A stretch of DNA of 54,194 nucleotides, counting the filler, from Stramenopiles sp. TOSAG23-6 (taxonomy: Eukaryota): the NCBI GenBank assembly GCA_900128565.1. It is 2 parts of 2 records of this genome, joined end to end, with 100 filler letters (N's around TTAATTAATTAA, not from the genome) between each part and the next. Parts side by side here need not be neighbours in the genome. Positions count along the whole stretch, not along the records: positions 1 to 27,236 come from LT635982.1; positions 27,337 to 54,194 come from LT635983.1. One strand, 5' to 3'. The notes beneath the pieces are model-generated. The model was given only the letters and a program-made list of their open reading frames with translations. It was not told where the DNA came from and searched no databases. The first letter of the stretch is position 1. Each line of letters begins with the position of its first letter. A program made the translations under genes and the position numbers. Below are positions 22,362 through 34,799 of this stretch, in pieces.

Positions 22362-23881
22362 TTAAATATGTTTTTTTATTACTTTAATTAGTCGTTTAGC
22401 TCCTATCATAATATTTTCCCGTGATAACCAAGCAAAACTCAGTCTTATATATATCAAGGGAGTACCAATTGGAAATTCGTTAGGTGCTACATTTGGTAAA
22501 CATTTAACATTCCTTTTCAAACAACTCTTTATTGAACACTCTTGTGCAGTAAGTAGACTAATATTATTTTTCTCTAACGACTCCTTGAAAATCTTTTCAA
22601 TATCATTCTCTTTGCAGAGTTTTAGTCCCACCCACAAAAAGTAACCACCACGAGGTGGAGTAAATGTGATAACGTGTTCAGGTATTTCAGCTTGAACTGC
22701 TTCATTTTTCAAGGTATCGCATAAAGTATCGCAATTACGCTGAAGATATTGGCTGACAAAAGTAATGTGCCGCCTAATATCACCATTAGAAAGGGCAATT
22801 TCACATAAAGATGATATAAACCCACACATTAAACCACCAGAAGCCTCATAACCAATTTCCCCACTTTTTCCGCTCTGAAAGCACATGTATTGTGAAAAAA
22901 ATATTGAAGAAAAAAATCGTTAGATACAAAATTTCGTACAAAAAAATAAATAAATTTAAAATTCATGGTGAAAAAAACGCACATTTCTGATGATTTCGTT
23001 TGAATCCAGCCGAGCCGAATTCCAGGACTTAATATCTTGGAAAACGATCCCAAACTAAATACAGAATAAGGTTCATAATCAAGTAGAGCAAATGGTGGAG
23101 GTATTTCTTTACATGTTTTGTTTTCTGTATAGTTTTTTTCTACTTGAAAAAAAGAGTCAAATGAGAGAAATTGATAAACCTCATCTGCAATAATGGAAAA
23201 CTTAAAACGCTTTGAGAGATGAATAAGTTTCTTTCTACGATATATGGACATGGTTACACCAGTTGGGTTATGATGTATTGGAATGGTATAAATGCATTGT
23301 ACGCAATTATTTTCTCCCAATTCGAGCAACCTTTTCTCCAATAATTCAACACACACACCTTCATTGTCACATTCAATGCTTTCAATTCTAATTCCTGGAA
23401 AATTCCTAAGAATTTTTTCCACTAAAAAATAAGTTGGATCTTCGACAAATACAATTGGACATAATTCTGATGTGTGGGAATTCAAACCACCACCTACTTT
23501 TGGAGATGTATTAGTTGGAAATACGAAAGTCTTCACAGCAAATCGTAAAAGAAAATCGATGCCAAAAGACGCTCCTGGGATAATATACAGTTCATCTGGA
23601 GCAACTTGTTCATCACACTCATGAAAGTTAAAACTATTGATGAACTTTGAAAGAGCTATACGGAAACCTGCCTTATCCGTTTTCTTTAGGTATGAAGAGT
23701 ATCCAAGAATAGTAGTGGCAGCATCAGGAGTTTCAAGATTTATTTGACTTGTTAACGCAGAAACAGCAGATTTATTGATAATTTGAAGAGCCATTGCTAA
23801 GTGATTTGGAGCAGGTGAACCCTTTTTGAAATTAATTGTGTTATCAAGGTGTGCTTTGCGTATTTCTGGGATTGAAGCCAT
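22362..23881 (-). CDS. PLP-dependent class I/II aminotransferase (Aro8/2-aminoadipate type); exons 23881-22983, 22884-22362 (473 aa)
   Basis: VEDPTYF, HHNPTG, IIADEVY, GSFSKILSPGIRLGW, PRGGYFLW and IRLSFA. Confidence 0.92.
22885..22982 (-). other. Non-canonical intron GT..AT (98 nt)
   Basis: gaaat|gtgcgtttt...gtacgaaattttgtatctaac...atattttttcacaatacat|gtgc. An in-frame AG exists 12 nt downstream but would skip a nearer CAG. Confidence 0.75.
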
Positions 23882-24419
23882 ATTGCTTGTGAATATATGA
23901 AATTTGGTGTTGCATGTTTATCCATTAGGAAAATAAAAATTTCAAATTTTGCAAAAAAAAATCGAAAGCAAACAACGAAACAAATCGAAATCGAAATCGG
24001 GTGTTTTTTTAATTTACCGATCGATATCATATGGACTTTCGGCTTAGAAACTTTTGCTGAAAGAAGACGGTAAAAACGCCGTTTTAGATGCATTACTTTA
24101 TGGAGTAAACAATATACGCACAACGAAGTACCAGAGAGGCATGACTAAGCTAAATACATTTGAGCGGTTGCTCTCAGTCGAACAGCTCACAAAACCCAGC
24201 AGCAATGAGATTTCAAAGCAGATTCGGTGGATTGCAGCTCGTACACATGCGAAAAGACAGAGAATTAAAAGAAATGGTAAATACATGGTGTGTTGTAGAT
24301 AGTCTAATATGAAACAGTCACTATAAAAAAACTCTGCAAAGATAAATTGTACATATTAATTTAAATTGATTGACATGAAGTTTTTATTTCAGTGATCAAT
24401 TAATGGAAAGACTTCAACT

Positions 24420-24920
24420 TTATTTCAAGTTTTTCAAAATATTTTTATATACCTTTTTTAAGGCATTATCATCGGGGCTCGACCCACTAAAAAAACCCAT
24501 GAACTTGTCCCAAAGACTTTTATCGCCACCTTTTGTCGCAACTTTCTTTAATGTAACTTTTGACACAACCCATGCAGGTTTTTGACCCGGACGGTGAAAC
24601 TTTTTTCGTACAGATGCTGTTGCTTGTTTGCGCAACCTGGCCCTGATATGAGAAGCCTGCTTACGACTGTCGAGTTTAACTTTTGCTGCTTGTGCTATTG
24701 ACAAGATTGTGACTCGTTCATCCTTTGCTGATGTTTTTGGACGTTTCTTCGTTGTCGTTTTCCTTGAAGTTTTCGCCTTCATCTTTTTTGTTGTCTTCCT
24801 CTTTGTAATCTTTTTCTTCGTTTTTGTCTTTCTCTTTGTTGAAGTCACCTTTCGTTTTTTCTTTGCTTGATTGCTTGGCTTTCGCTGCGTTGCCACCTTA
24901 CGTTTTCGAGTCTTTGGCAT
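24420..24920 (-). CDS. Small, very basic K/R/T-rich protein
   Basis: ATG at 24920 (MPKTRKRK...); the N-terminal half is dominated by K/R/T. Confidence 0.65.
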   Translation of the reverse strand: MPKTRKRKVATQRKPSNQAKKKRKVTSTKRKTKTKKKITKRKTTKKMKAKTSRKTTTKKRPKTSAKDERVTILSIAQAAKVKLDSRKQASHIRARLRKQATASVRKKFHRPGQKPAWVVSKVTLKKVATKGGDKSLWDKFMGFFSGSSPDDNALKKVYKNILKNLK

Positions 24921-25272
24921 TTGTACTGGATGAAGCAAACTTCGAAGGATGGAAAAAGTGCAAGATACCGTACTATTTAATCAGAAGTCCGGATCCAAAG
25001 GGGGAATAAGCGTAAACGGTAGGAAATGTTTTAAAATTTAACGGATGGATTTTTTTGATTTTTTTTTATAATTTATTTTTCTCTTAATTGTCTTGATTTG
25101 ATTTTGAAGGGGAAGATATTTTTATTTCTCCAATAAACTTCATTTTTTCTAGTAGTCGTACAAAAACATAAAAGTCCGATTTGTTTTGACTGAAAAGATT
25201 ATTATTTATTTTTTTGGTGCTCATAATTTAATAACTACTGAAACCATATTTTGTTCAAAGATTATTAGGTGT

Positions 25273-27190
25273 TTACCAATTTCTAATGAAAGTTTTAAGA
25301 TTTTCTATCCGCCGCCACCACGCACTCATTTCTTCAAGCGCATCATGTTGATATTTCTTGATTCTATACTCGTGGTTTGTTTTTCGTTTTGCGTTTTCTT
25401 GTGTCCATTGTAAAATTAATTCTTCCCATTGTAATGCCCTTTTTCTCGTTCTAGTAGATGATGACGGATCACGATATTGTTCTTCTAATAATCCAGTTGC
25501 AGCTTTTGCTTCGGCCGGCGGATAATGACCCACAACAAAACCCATCCCTTGCTTTCCATCAGGTTTTGTGCACTCATCTTTGCACATATAATACCGAAAG
25601 TCTTCTTGCAAATATTGCCACATTGAAATCGAAAGTGAAAATACTCGCTTCTTTGTCCAACCTTGGAAAGAATCTTTTACTGCTTCTCCATCATTTGGGT
25701 CAAATCTTGAAGGACATGAAATAGATGGAATCACAAGTTTATGACTAATCAAAGAAAAATTACATTCCAAAATACAAGCATTGATAGCATCCTCCTCATC
25801 AAATACTTCATCTTTGTACATATCAGCTATAAAATGAGCATCCCAAGCATTATACTCTTTCACCCAATCAGGGGAAAGACCATAATCTTCACATGAATCC
25901 TCATTTAACCTGAATCGTAAGCCCCCTGACCTGGTTTCCCCCCCCATTAAAGCCTGGTTATCAGACTTTATTTTACGAATATCTCTTGATCGTATTTTAT
26001 TCGATTTTCCACCTAGGGACCAATATTTTAAATCTTTTACAAGGCGCTCCCCAACTAAATAATTTCTACGATCATTTTGTTTTGTCCGTTTATCAAGCCA
26101 ACGCTTTTCAAGCTTTATTGCCCATTGCATATTTGCGGTAAATTCTTCAACTGCACCAGTGAGAAAGCTTTCGGCTGTGCATGTTTCCTCGTGATGTCTT
26201 TCCTCGAAAAGCATCCAAGACCCATTCCGTACTAATATATGTTTTTCATACATAATCTGGTGTTTTACGTTATTGACCACATCAGTAAAACAACCTTGTA
26301 CTGCAGCTCTGAAACGACCGGAGCATCCAGTACCTCTTCCTTTAGGAACACCAGCGACAAATTTGCCCTTCCACTGAGGAAAGTTTTGGCGTGTTACATC
26401 ACTAGGATCGTCAATATCCTTTGGAATTCCCAGAAGAAGAAGTAGTTCGCGTGCAAGTGGTCCGTGTTTCCGTATAAAGCTTGTAAGTTTATTCATCCAA
26501 ACAAAATAACCTAATACTTTATCGACACTTGGAATTGCGACACGGCGACCTTCAAATTCAGTTGGATTAACACCCCAGTATATGTTATTGTCAAGACAGT
26601 TAAATGCAGTATTTAACATTGCTGTCACGTCAACAGGTTTGCTCATGAGTTCTTCCCAAACTACTCTTAGTCTTAAAGTTTCTCTTTCCTTATGCACTAG
26701 TTCTGTATCAAACGCTGTTGTAGTTGTGTGTTTGGTAAGTATTTCTAATATTTCGTTTGTTTTTGGCATATTTCTAAAGGTAACAGGGTTTGTAAAAATT
26801 CGCTTTGATGGAAAATATTTGATGACACAACGAAGTGTTTCAATGGCTGTCAAGCTTCGCTCTTTAGTCGTCCATCGAAAGAAAGGCTTTTTATTGTCAC
26901 CTTTACCACTAAATCTTTGTACCTTTTTTATGCATTTGACTGGATAATTCATTAGAATTTCAGAGACAACGTAAAAATGAACATCTGGATCAAGCACCTC
27001 GTCGTCATATACAATACCGTTTCTCCACCCAACAACTGTAGATGTTTCAAAAAGCACTTCACTGTTGTCTTTATTTGTGAGACTTTCTTTTTTTAGTAGC
27101 AAAAGATTGGCTGGGTTGAATTGTTTTGTAGGAAATCTTTCAGATAAAATTTTGGTAATAGCAGCCTTTGCACTAGATACTAATGGTGTA
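25273..27190 (-). CDS. Hypothetical protein (>609 aa), 5'-truncated near the contig end
   Basis: Long intronless ORF with no recognised motif. Confidence 0.65.
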
Positions 27191-27236
27191 GACGACGAGG
27201 TGCTTGATCCAGATGTTCATTTTTACGTTGTCTCTG

Positions 27237-27336
27237 NNNNNNNNNNNNNNNNNNNNNNNNNNNNNNNNNNNNNNNNNNNNTTAATTAATTAANNNNNNNN
27301 NNNNNNNNNNNNNNNNNNNNNNNNNNNNNNNNNNNN
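27237..27336. other. Artificial contig spacer (Ns plus TTAATTAATTAA)
   Basis: N runs flanking an all-frame stop linker at 27281-27292. Confidence 0.97.
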
Positions 27337-27391
27337 AAAGTAAAGTAAAGTAAAGTAAAGTAAAGTAAAGTAAAGTAAAGTAAAGTAAAGT
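27337..27391. repeat. (AAAGT)n microsatellite inside a helicase intron at the contig end; mirrored at 54140-54194
   Basis: 11 pentamer units starting a few bases downstream of the donor ctt|gtatg at 27402 (minus strand). Confidence 0.9.
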
Positions 27392-27402
27392 GGACAACAT
27401 AC

Positions 27403-28626
27403 AAGGTTAAAAATGTTTCTATTCATAAGGTCTAAAAGTCTTCCAGGTGTAGCTATAACTATCTAAGTTGGTAGAAAATATGTAAAATAACAAAACATGT
27501 GAGTATTTGTACTATTTTCGAAAAAGTAGATAATGAGATGATTTCAAAGAAAGAAGAATAATAATAGTACGGAATGTGGTGAAAAAAAAATAATAAAATT
27601 TTGAATCTCAGAAGTAGAAAATGACGTCATCTTAGGGATACCAACACTGACATGGTTTTGCATCCCAAACTATAATCAGACATACGCTCGTCAAAGTGTG
27701 TTCAAATTTCCTCATAGATTTTACAAAATTATTATATTTTCAGTCGCAGAGTGACAAATGACAAATTCGAAATTGAAAATGTTTTTGCACCCATTTTATA
27801 CCTAAAGAAATAAAAAAAATAAAAAAAAATAAAAAAAATAAAAAACATAAAAATGAAATTCAAAATCTATAACACTTACCTCTGCACCACGTTGCATACT
27901 TCGAATCTGAGGTGCTTTATTTGCACCACCATATAATAGACAAGACCGCAAAGAGTGAACATATTTTTTTGGTGTCAACTTCATCGCTTCTTCTTTAATT
28001 TGCACGGCTAATTCTCTAGTAGGAACTAAGATCAAAGCTATGGGCCCAGTGTCTCCTTGTTTTGATGATTTGACTTTCATTTGTGCCTGGACATGTATCA
28101 TTGCTGGCAATAGAAATGCGGCTGTCTTACCAGATCCAGTCTGAGCTAAACCTACTACATTTTTGCCTTGTAGAGTAACTGGCCAAGACTGACTTTGAAT
28201 TGACGTCGGTGCTTTATACCCAAGGCTCAATAATTTCTCGACATATACACGAGGTAATGAACTACGTTTAAATCCCTTTACCGGGGCAGGTACACAACCA
28301 CTCACCCAAGCTTTGCTATTTGGAAACGGAGAGCCGTGCTCTGTTACTGTGAGATTCATTTTTGCTCGGAGAGAAGTGACCTCAGACTCACTGAGTTTAG
28401 CAACTTTACTATGTTCTGTATAAAAATCCCGGCGAAAGTCAGTCAAGGTTCGTTTTGACCAATCGATAGCAGGAAGTTCGATGGTACCACCACCTTTTCT
28501 TTGTTGCAAACAACCCGTGGAACTATAATTCACAAAACCCTTTTGTTTTAAGTCCGCGAGGCGACATTTTTTAGACGAACCTGAACCAGTCTCAGACGAA
28601 TACTTCCTTTTCGTAGCATTGGTCAT
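27403..28626 (-). CDS. DEAD-box RNA helicase, DBP2/DDX5-like, 3'-truncated; exons 28626-27880, 27462-27403
   Basis: PTSIQSQSWP, AQTGSGKT, PTRELA, and spliced GAE|IVIATPGRLLD across a canonical 417-nt GT..AG intron (27879-27463). Confidence 0.9.
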
Positions 28627-28955
28627 TTTCTACAATGAAAGAAAAGAAATATAGCAATAATGTGCCTTACTTGATACAGTGCTATGTAATCAAATGTCTA
28701 ACACAGTTCTCTAGGAAAGTGTCCGTAATCAAGTGGCTAGCTACAATATTACCTGTAGTAAAAAGTAGGAAGAAGTAAAGAACTCAAGTCAATTGTCAAA
28801 GACGCGCTGAATTTCTGCGATACGTACCCGGTACCCTATAAGAGCCAGCGAAAAAATTGAATACTTGACCATCAAACAATCTAATTCCGAAGGATTAGGT
28901 ATCTCCTGAACGAGCTTCTTCTCTTATCATTTGTAGATCCGGGAAAATATTTAGG

Positions 28956-31900
28956 ATGGACCCAACTTTTCAGACTCTTCTTACAGGTTTATGTAGCCCA
29001 GATAATGTTACGCGTGGTCAAGCAGAGAAGCAATATTTTAATTCTGTCTCTACGAACTCAACAGAAGTGCTTCAGCAGCTTTTGCTTGGACTTCAGTGTC
29101 CATCACCACAAGCTCGCGCTTTTTGTTCTGTTCTTGTGCGCCAAATGGTAAAAAAGGCATGGATATCGTTAGATGATGGCGCACGTGCTTTCACGAAAAA
29201 TGCCCTATTGGTTGCAATGGAATCAGAGGCTACTGAGCATATTCAAACCAAGTTAAGCCACGCCATTGCAGCTGTTGCATCTTTTGCACTTGAGGGTTGG
29301 CCAGAGCTTATTCCTCGAGTGCTTAACATGACATGTTCAGAATCTATCGGTGCCAGACGTAGTGCTATAAATCTATGTAGTGCATTAGCACTATCTTGTG
29401 AAAGTGCAGCAATATTACCTCATTATGAAAAATTTTGTTCAATGCTGGGGGCAAGGCTGAGTGATCCGGATGCTAAAGTTCGTAGCTACACTGTTCAAAC
29501 ATTTGCTTCATTGATACTTGCATTGGAAAAGGAACAATGGGTACCACTTCAACAAATGTTTCCTGCTTTATTGAGTGCGATACAGTTTACCCTTGTTGCT
29601 GGAGAAGAGCAAGTGGCAACAAGTGCGTTGGAGTCCCTGGCAGACACATGTGAAAATGCGCCAGCTTTTTTTAGACTTCCAACAATCTCCCTCCCTCTGT
29701 GCAACTCAATGCTTTCTATACTAAATCATCCTGATCCAGACCATTTCGAAGCAGCTACAAGGTCATCTGCATTAGAGATGTTAGTTGCATTTTGTACGGA
29801 ATGCAGTTCAACAGTTGTACGTTTCCATCATTTCAATTTCGAATTTATTTTTTTTTTCATAGAAAATTTTGTACCTAACGATTTTTTTTACTAACAAAAA
29901 AAAAAAAAAAATATTTTTCACAATACTTCGTCGTTTAGATTCGAATGGTGCCAAAGGAATTTCTGGTTTGAGCTTAATTGACGAAATAATTTTTTCTGGT
30001 TTAAAAATGCTCTGTCGTGTAAGTGAAGACGATGACGAGGAATGGGGTTCTTCTATTGACCGGTCACCATTTGGTTGTGCAGAAACCGATAATGAGGCCT
30101 GGGTTGCTGGAAGTGCTCTTGAACGATTATCCGAAAATCTCGGTGGTGCCGCAGTTGTTCCTAGGTTAATGCCTCATATTTCTTCAATGTTGAATAGTAA
30201 TAGATGGCAAGAAAAATGGGCAGGGACTATGGGACTTGCAGTATGCTGTGCATCGCCAATGTGGTCCTCAATTAGTTCAATATTTGATGTTTTATTGCCT
30301 CTTCTTGAGCAATCCCAACCTGAAGGTTCTCCTGGAGAGCGCGTTCGTTTTGCAATTGCATACTTGATTGGTATTTTTTGTGAATATTTCACTGGAACAG
30401 AAGTGGACAACACTGGCCACGGACGTGTGGCAAATCAACAACTAAAGGCACAGATTGCTATGGGTGGTCCAAAACCTGGAGAAAGTTTTCAAGTTGTGCA
30501 TGGTAAACGCGTTTTATCAATATTGGCAAAAGTTTTGGATATAAAAGAATCCACTTCTCGAGTACAAGCTGAAGCTGCATATACATTATGTGTATTTTGC
30601 ACTGCTCAACAAGCATTACCTGTCGGAGCAGTACAAATTATTTCATCTGTGGCACCTCGAGTACTTAGCGCCTTACATGATTTACTCCGTATGAGCTCTT
30701 GTATTGCAGCTCAACAATATGCAATCACGGCGGTTGCAAGCATTGCCCAGGTACTTGGTGAAGATTTTGGTCACTTTTATAGTACATTTATGCCCCTAAT
30801 GAAATTTGTACTTAAAGGAGCTACGGGAAAAGAGCAAAGATTACTGCGCGGCAAGGCTATGGAATGCGTTGGTATTTTGGGATCCTGTGTTGGTGCTGAA
30901 GTGTGTACGTTTTCGTCGTTTATTTCAAATTTATTTTTTTTTCATACGAAATTTTGTACTTAACAAAATCTCCATTTTTTTTTACATTTCTTTTCACGAT
31001 ACATTTGCCATTGATGCAAAAGAGGTGATGGATATTTTACTCGCAACTCTTCAACATGGTATTGCTCCTGATGACCCTCAGGCATCGTATATAGCACAAA
31101 CATGTTGTCGTATAGGAAAGACGATGGGATCACAATTTGTACCGTATTTACCTCTTGTTTTACCGTCTTTGCTAAATGCTGCTGCCAATGCAGATAAAGA
31201 TGTATTAGTTCACCAAGACAGTACAGAAGAACTTGATAAAGAACTATTTGAAGGTCGCGAGATTATGGAAGTTATTGTTCGTGGGGCAGGTAAACAGAGA
31301 ATAGGTATTAACACTGCTGCAATTCAAGAAAAGTCATTAGCTTGTAATATGTTGTATGAATATGCGATGGCAATGGGTGGGTTATATGCTCCATGGGTTG
31401 AAAAAACTGTTGGTGTCTTGCTGCCTTTGGTGTCGTTTCAATTCTCTGGACATGTTCGCGTCGCTGCAGCGATGTCTTTACCAAAACTTCTTTTATCCCT
31501 TTTGGAAAATCCTTCGACAAAAACGTCAAATGGTCCTCAACAATTGTTTATAGTTGCTGTGAATGCTATAGTGAACCAATTAAAGGTTGAACAAGAAGTC
31601 GAATTAATTGTTTGTCTCCATGAGAGCCTTGATGAAATGTTACAACATGCTGCCAATGAAAATGGAGTACAATTGTTTCTCACAGATGCAGTAATACTCA
31701 TGATATTTGAAGTAATTTCAACTAATTGTATTGCAAGTATAAAACGACGAATCAATGCATGTCGTGCTTTGCGAATGGGTGATGCTGAAGCTGATGATGT
31801 TGCATTTATACAGTTAGAAGAGGAAGAAGAATTAGAGGGTGATTTACTTAATACTACAATTGATGTAATCGGTGCGTTAGCTAAGTTGATGAAGGGGAAG

Positions 31901-32790
31901 ATTTTTAATGCATTTAGTCAACATTTTGGACAATTACTTATGGCAATGCTTCATATGATAGATCACAATTCTACGGACACGTTTTTTGCTACTGATGCCT
32001 CGACAGTTGCTAGCGATTCAATTCGTTCTGGATTAGCTACTGCGGCTCTTTGCATTGCTGATGATATTATTGAATATTGCATGCCTGGGGCTGCTGTTTT
32101 AGTTCCATCTGTAGTCCCTTATATGTTGAATGGTGCTAATAGTCCTGATCCAGAATTACGCCAATCAGCTGTTTATGGTTTAGGTGTTTGCGCAGAACGT
32201 GGAGGTTCTGCATTTACACCTGCACAAGCTACCGAGGCATCTTCTAGACTTGTCGCTGTTGTGACTGCCCCAAATGCTCGAGAGGGTGACAATGCATGTG
32301 CATCGGACAATGCAATCACTGCGGTTGCAAAACTGTTCTTACATCGTGGTACTACGGTACGTTTTCATCATCAATCTCAAATTATTTTTTTTTATAACAA
32401 AGTTTTAACCTAACAATTTATTTTTGAAAATATTTTCCTACAATGTATGCCGGAGGAGACGGGTCGATAAATACTGAACAATTATTCAAATGCTGGATGA
32501 ATTACCTTCCTGTGAGGGACGACATTGAAGAAGGCGAAAAGATGCATTCTTTACTTGTTTCTTTAGCATTGAAAGGAGATGGTCGTGTTCTTGGTACAAA
32601 TATGTGTAATTTATCTCGGTTTTGTGAAATTCTTGCGGAGGCCGTACAAGCTGAACTTATCGATGAGGTCACTCATGTTCGTATTTCAGCTTTATTTACT
32701 AATTTACAATCCACTCCATCTACCAGTGCATGTTTTAGCAAGGCATGGGCTAGTGTCAATCCAGTTCACCAGAAATTGTTAATGAATTAA
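28956..32790 (+). CDS. IPO5: Importin-5 (karyopherin beta-3/Kap121); exons 28956-29816, 29929-30904, 31005-32356, 32449-32790 (1176 aa)
   Basis: RLLRGKAMECV, DDPQASY, FVPYLPLVLP, GINTAAIQEKSLAC and RQSAVYGLG motifs; spliced length 3531 nt is in frame. Confidence 0.92.
29817..29928 (+). other. Non-canonical intron GT..TT (112 nt); duplicate at 51603-51714 (-)
   Basis: gtt|gtacgtttccatc...gtacctaac...atatttttcacaatactt|cgt gives CSSTV|RRL; nearby AGs are out of frame. Confidence 0.85.
30905..31004 (+). other. Non-canonical intron GT..AT (100 nt); duplicate at 50527-50626 (-)
   Basis: gtgt|gtacgtttt...gtacttaac...ttttcacgatacat|ttgcc gives GAEVFAIDAKEVM; the first downstream AG would create TAG. 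Confidence 0.85.
32357..32448 (+). other. Non-canonical intron GT..AT (92 nt)
   Basis: acg|gtacgttttcatc...aacctaac...aaaatattttcctacaatgtat|gcc; nearby AGs are out of frame. Confidence 0.75.
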
Positions 32791-32979
32791 TAATAATAAA
32801 ACAAAATTGTATAAAACATTGATTATTATTATTTTGGTACAAACAGATCGCTCAACGAAATGGCCACACCCAAGGTATTCGACTGGAACAAAAAGGACAA
32901 AAGACATAATTAGTACGTATTATTATTACCTATTGCTTACTAGCTTTGGCGACTATATAAAATATTTTATTATTACCAT

Positions 32980-34461
32980 TTATTTACTTTCTCGGCGTCT
33001 CCACTTAAAAAGAGTTCTACCTAATGCTTTAACTTTTGCCAAAGAAGACTTACGTTTCTCGCGCAAAATGTGTCTTTTCCTTTGCAATTCTTCATGTTTT
33101 TCACTAGCAATGTCTTTCTTCATTATATTAAGTACTTGTGAAGACTTTATAGACGAACAAGTTATATTTGAACATTCATCATCTGCATCAACACTGCTAC
33201 TACTCATAAGATCATTATTGAATTCACTAGGACGTTCATCTTTTAGTACGACATCTAACTTAATTCCCTTCCCATTTTTCTTAAATGAAGTATACTTGAT
33301 AAATTCAGATGGAACTTCACCTCGTAACAAATCATACACAAAATCATCATTTTCTACATAATCAGACACTTGTTTTTTCTCTATTTTAGTCCCCTTGGTC
33401 GGCACAAAAGCTTCCCTGAATGAGTTATTATTAATTCGAAATCCATTTTGATACAATGAAACTGTGAATTTATAATTACTACTTGCTCGGATTTCATCAG
33501 AACTATTCGAAATAGTTTTTTTTGTAGTATTTCTTTGGTATTGATCACCTTTAGTTTCATCTGGAATTTCTATATATTGACTAGTTTTTATCGGGGAGAA
33601 GGTAGGGTTCAAATAATGTTGATTCCACCAGTTACCCCATGCATCTCTCAAAGCAGACGATATTGTCGTTTTTTCTCTTCTAAGTTGTTTCCAAACTTTA
33701 AGGAATTCTATACTAAGACATGCAGGTTTATCCAAATACTCAGTTTCAACGCTTTCTAAAGTGTGATGTCGTCTACCACCAATTTTTAGTTCATTCAGAA
33801 AACCTACGAGGTAATGAAAACAATTATGAAGACATGAATGATATTGAAAACCTGCGTCTAAATGATGTAAATTGTACTGGTACAAAGCAGTGTCTATGAC
33901 ATCTACTAAATTTTCAGAAAGACAGCCATCTTTGGACTTTATAGAAGTGAGTGTCTCTGGGAGTAAATGTTGAAATGGTACACAAATACTCTCAGGCCAA
34001 TCTTCATCAATGTGATGACCATATTCATCGAAGTTATAAACTCGTCCACGCGAGTCAGATATTCCGGCATGAAGTAAACATTTATCATTATACTTCTTGA
34101 AAGAACCCGCAGTCATCTTGATGCAAAGAGAAAAAGGTTTACTTCGGGTAATAAGGGCCGGGCGCCTTGTGACTGTTGTAGAGGATGGAGGTGTGAACTC
34201 AACGTCTGCTAAGCGATATGAAATTCCACCATATTTTGTCCGCAACTCAAGCAAATCAGGAAAAGGAGGAAATCGCCCACGGGAATCTGTCGTTGGCCAC
34301 ATACTTTGAGGTGCAGCCCGTTCTACAATGGCTTGACGTACACGCTGTTTCCTTGAGGTTTGATTTTCGGAAGTCGAAGCCCTCCAATTGAGTTTCCTTT
34401 TATTTTTTTCCACAGCTTCCGGATTAGAGCACTCTCGCCTTCTTAAGGCTGGATATTGCAT
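32980..34461 (-). CDS. MKRN2OS/DUF4796-like domain plus SEP domain protein
   Basis: LLHAGISDSRGRVYNFD...HNCFHYLVGFLN, followed by VSLYQNGFRIN...FVYDLLRGEVPSEF...VVLKDER. Confidence 0.7.
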   Translation of the reverse strand: MQYPALRRRECSNPEAVEKNKRKLNWRASTSENQTSRKQRVRQAIVERAAPQSMWPTTDSRGRFPPFPDLLELRTKYGGISYRLADVEFTPPSSTTVTRRPALITRSKPFSLCIKMTAGSFKKYNDKCLLHAGISDSRGRVYNFDEYGHHIDEDWPESICVPFQHLLPETLTSIKSKDGCLSENLVDVIDTALYQYNLHHLDAGFQYHSCLHNCFHYLVGFLNELKIGGRRHHTLESVETEYLDKPACLSIEFLKVWKQLRREKTTISSALRDAWGNWWNQHYLNPTFSPIKTSQYIEIPDETKGDQYQRNTTKKTISNSSDEIRASSNYKFTVSLYQNGFRINNNSFREAFVPTKGTKIEKKQVSDYVENDDFVYDLLRGEVPSEFIKYTSFKKNGKGIKLDVVLKDERPSEFNNDLMSSSSVDADDECSNITCSSIKSSQVLNIMKKDIASEKHEELQRKRHILREKRKSSLAKVKALGRTLFKWRRRESK

Positions 34462-34799
34462 TGGCTCGTCCCTTAATTTCCTTTATTCGAGCGGCCAATG
34501 CCCAATAAATACTTTGAACAATAAACTCGCTCAACACCGGATGGAACTTCTGCTGGAGTTGTATACGACGTCGTATAGTCAGTGTCACCAAATTTGTAAC
34601 TGCCGAACCGGCACAAATCAAATGGACTTCATGAAAATCTCGGTTTGGGTATAAAAGCTGTTTAACTTGTTACAATACTACAGAGAACAAGACCAAAGAA
34701 TTGAAGACCTAAGCGATATTAGAAAGCTGGATCAAAATGCAGGGAATTCCTTTCCCTTTGAGTTTTGTCAAACGTAGAACTTTACGTTAAAAACTTTCC

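Noticed and set aside
23882-23975. Possible degenerate 5'-UTR family intron before the aminotransferase ATG
   Set aside because: Only a weak resemblance (cctaat, atattcacaagcaat) and no reading frame to test it against.
27191-27236. 46-bp inverted copy of 26961-27006
   Set aside because: Exact fold-back at the very end of a contig, typical of an amplification or assembly chimera.
27281-27292. TTAATTAATTAA palindrome
   Set aside because: Artificial linker within the N spacer.
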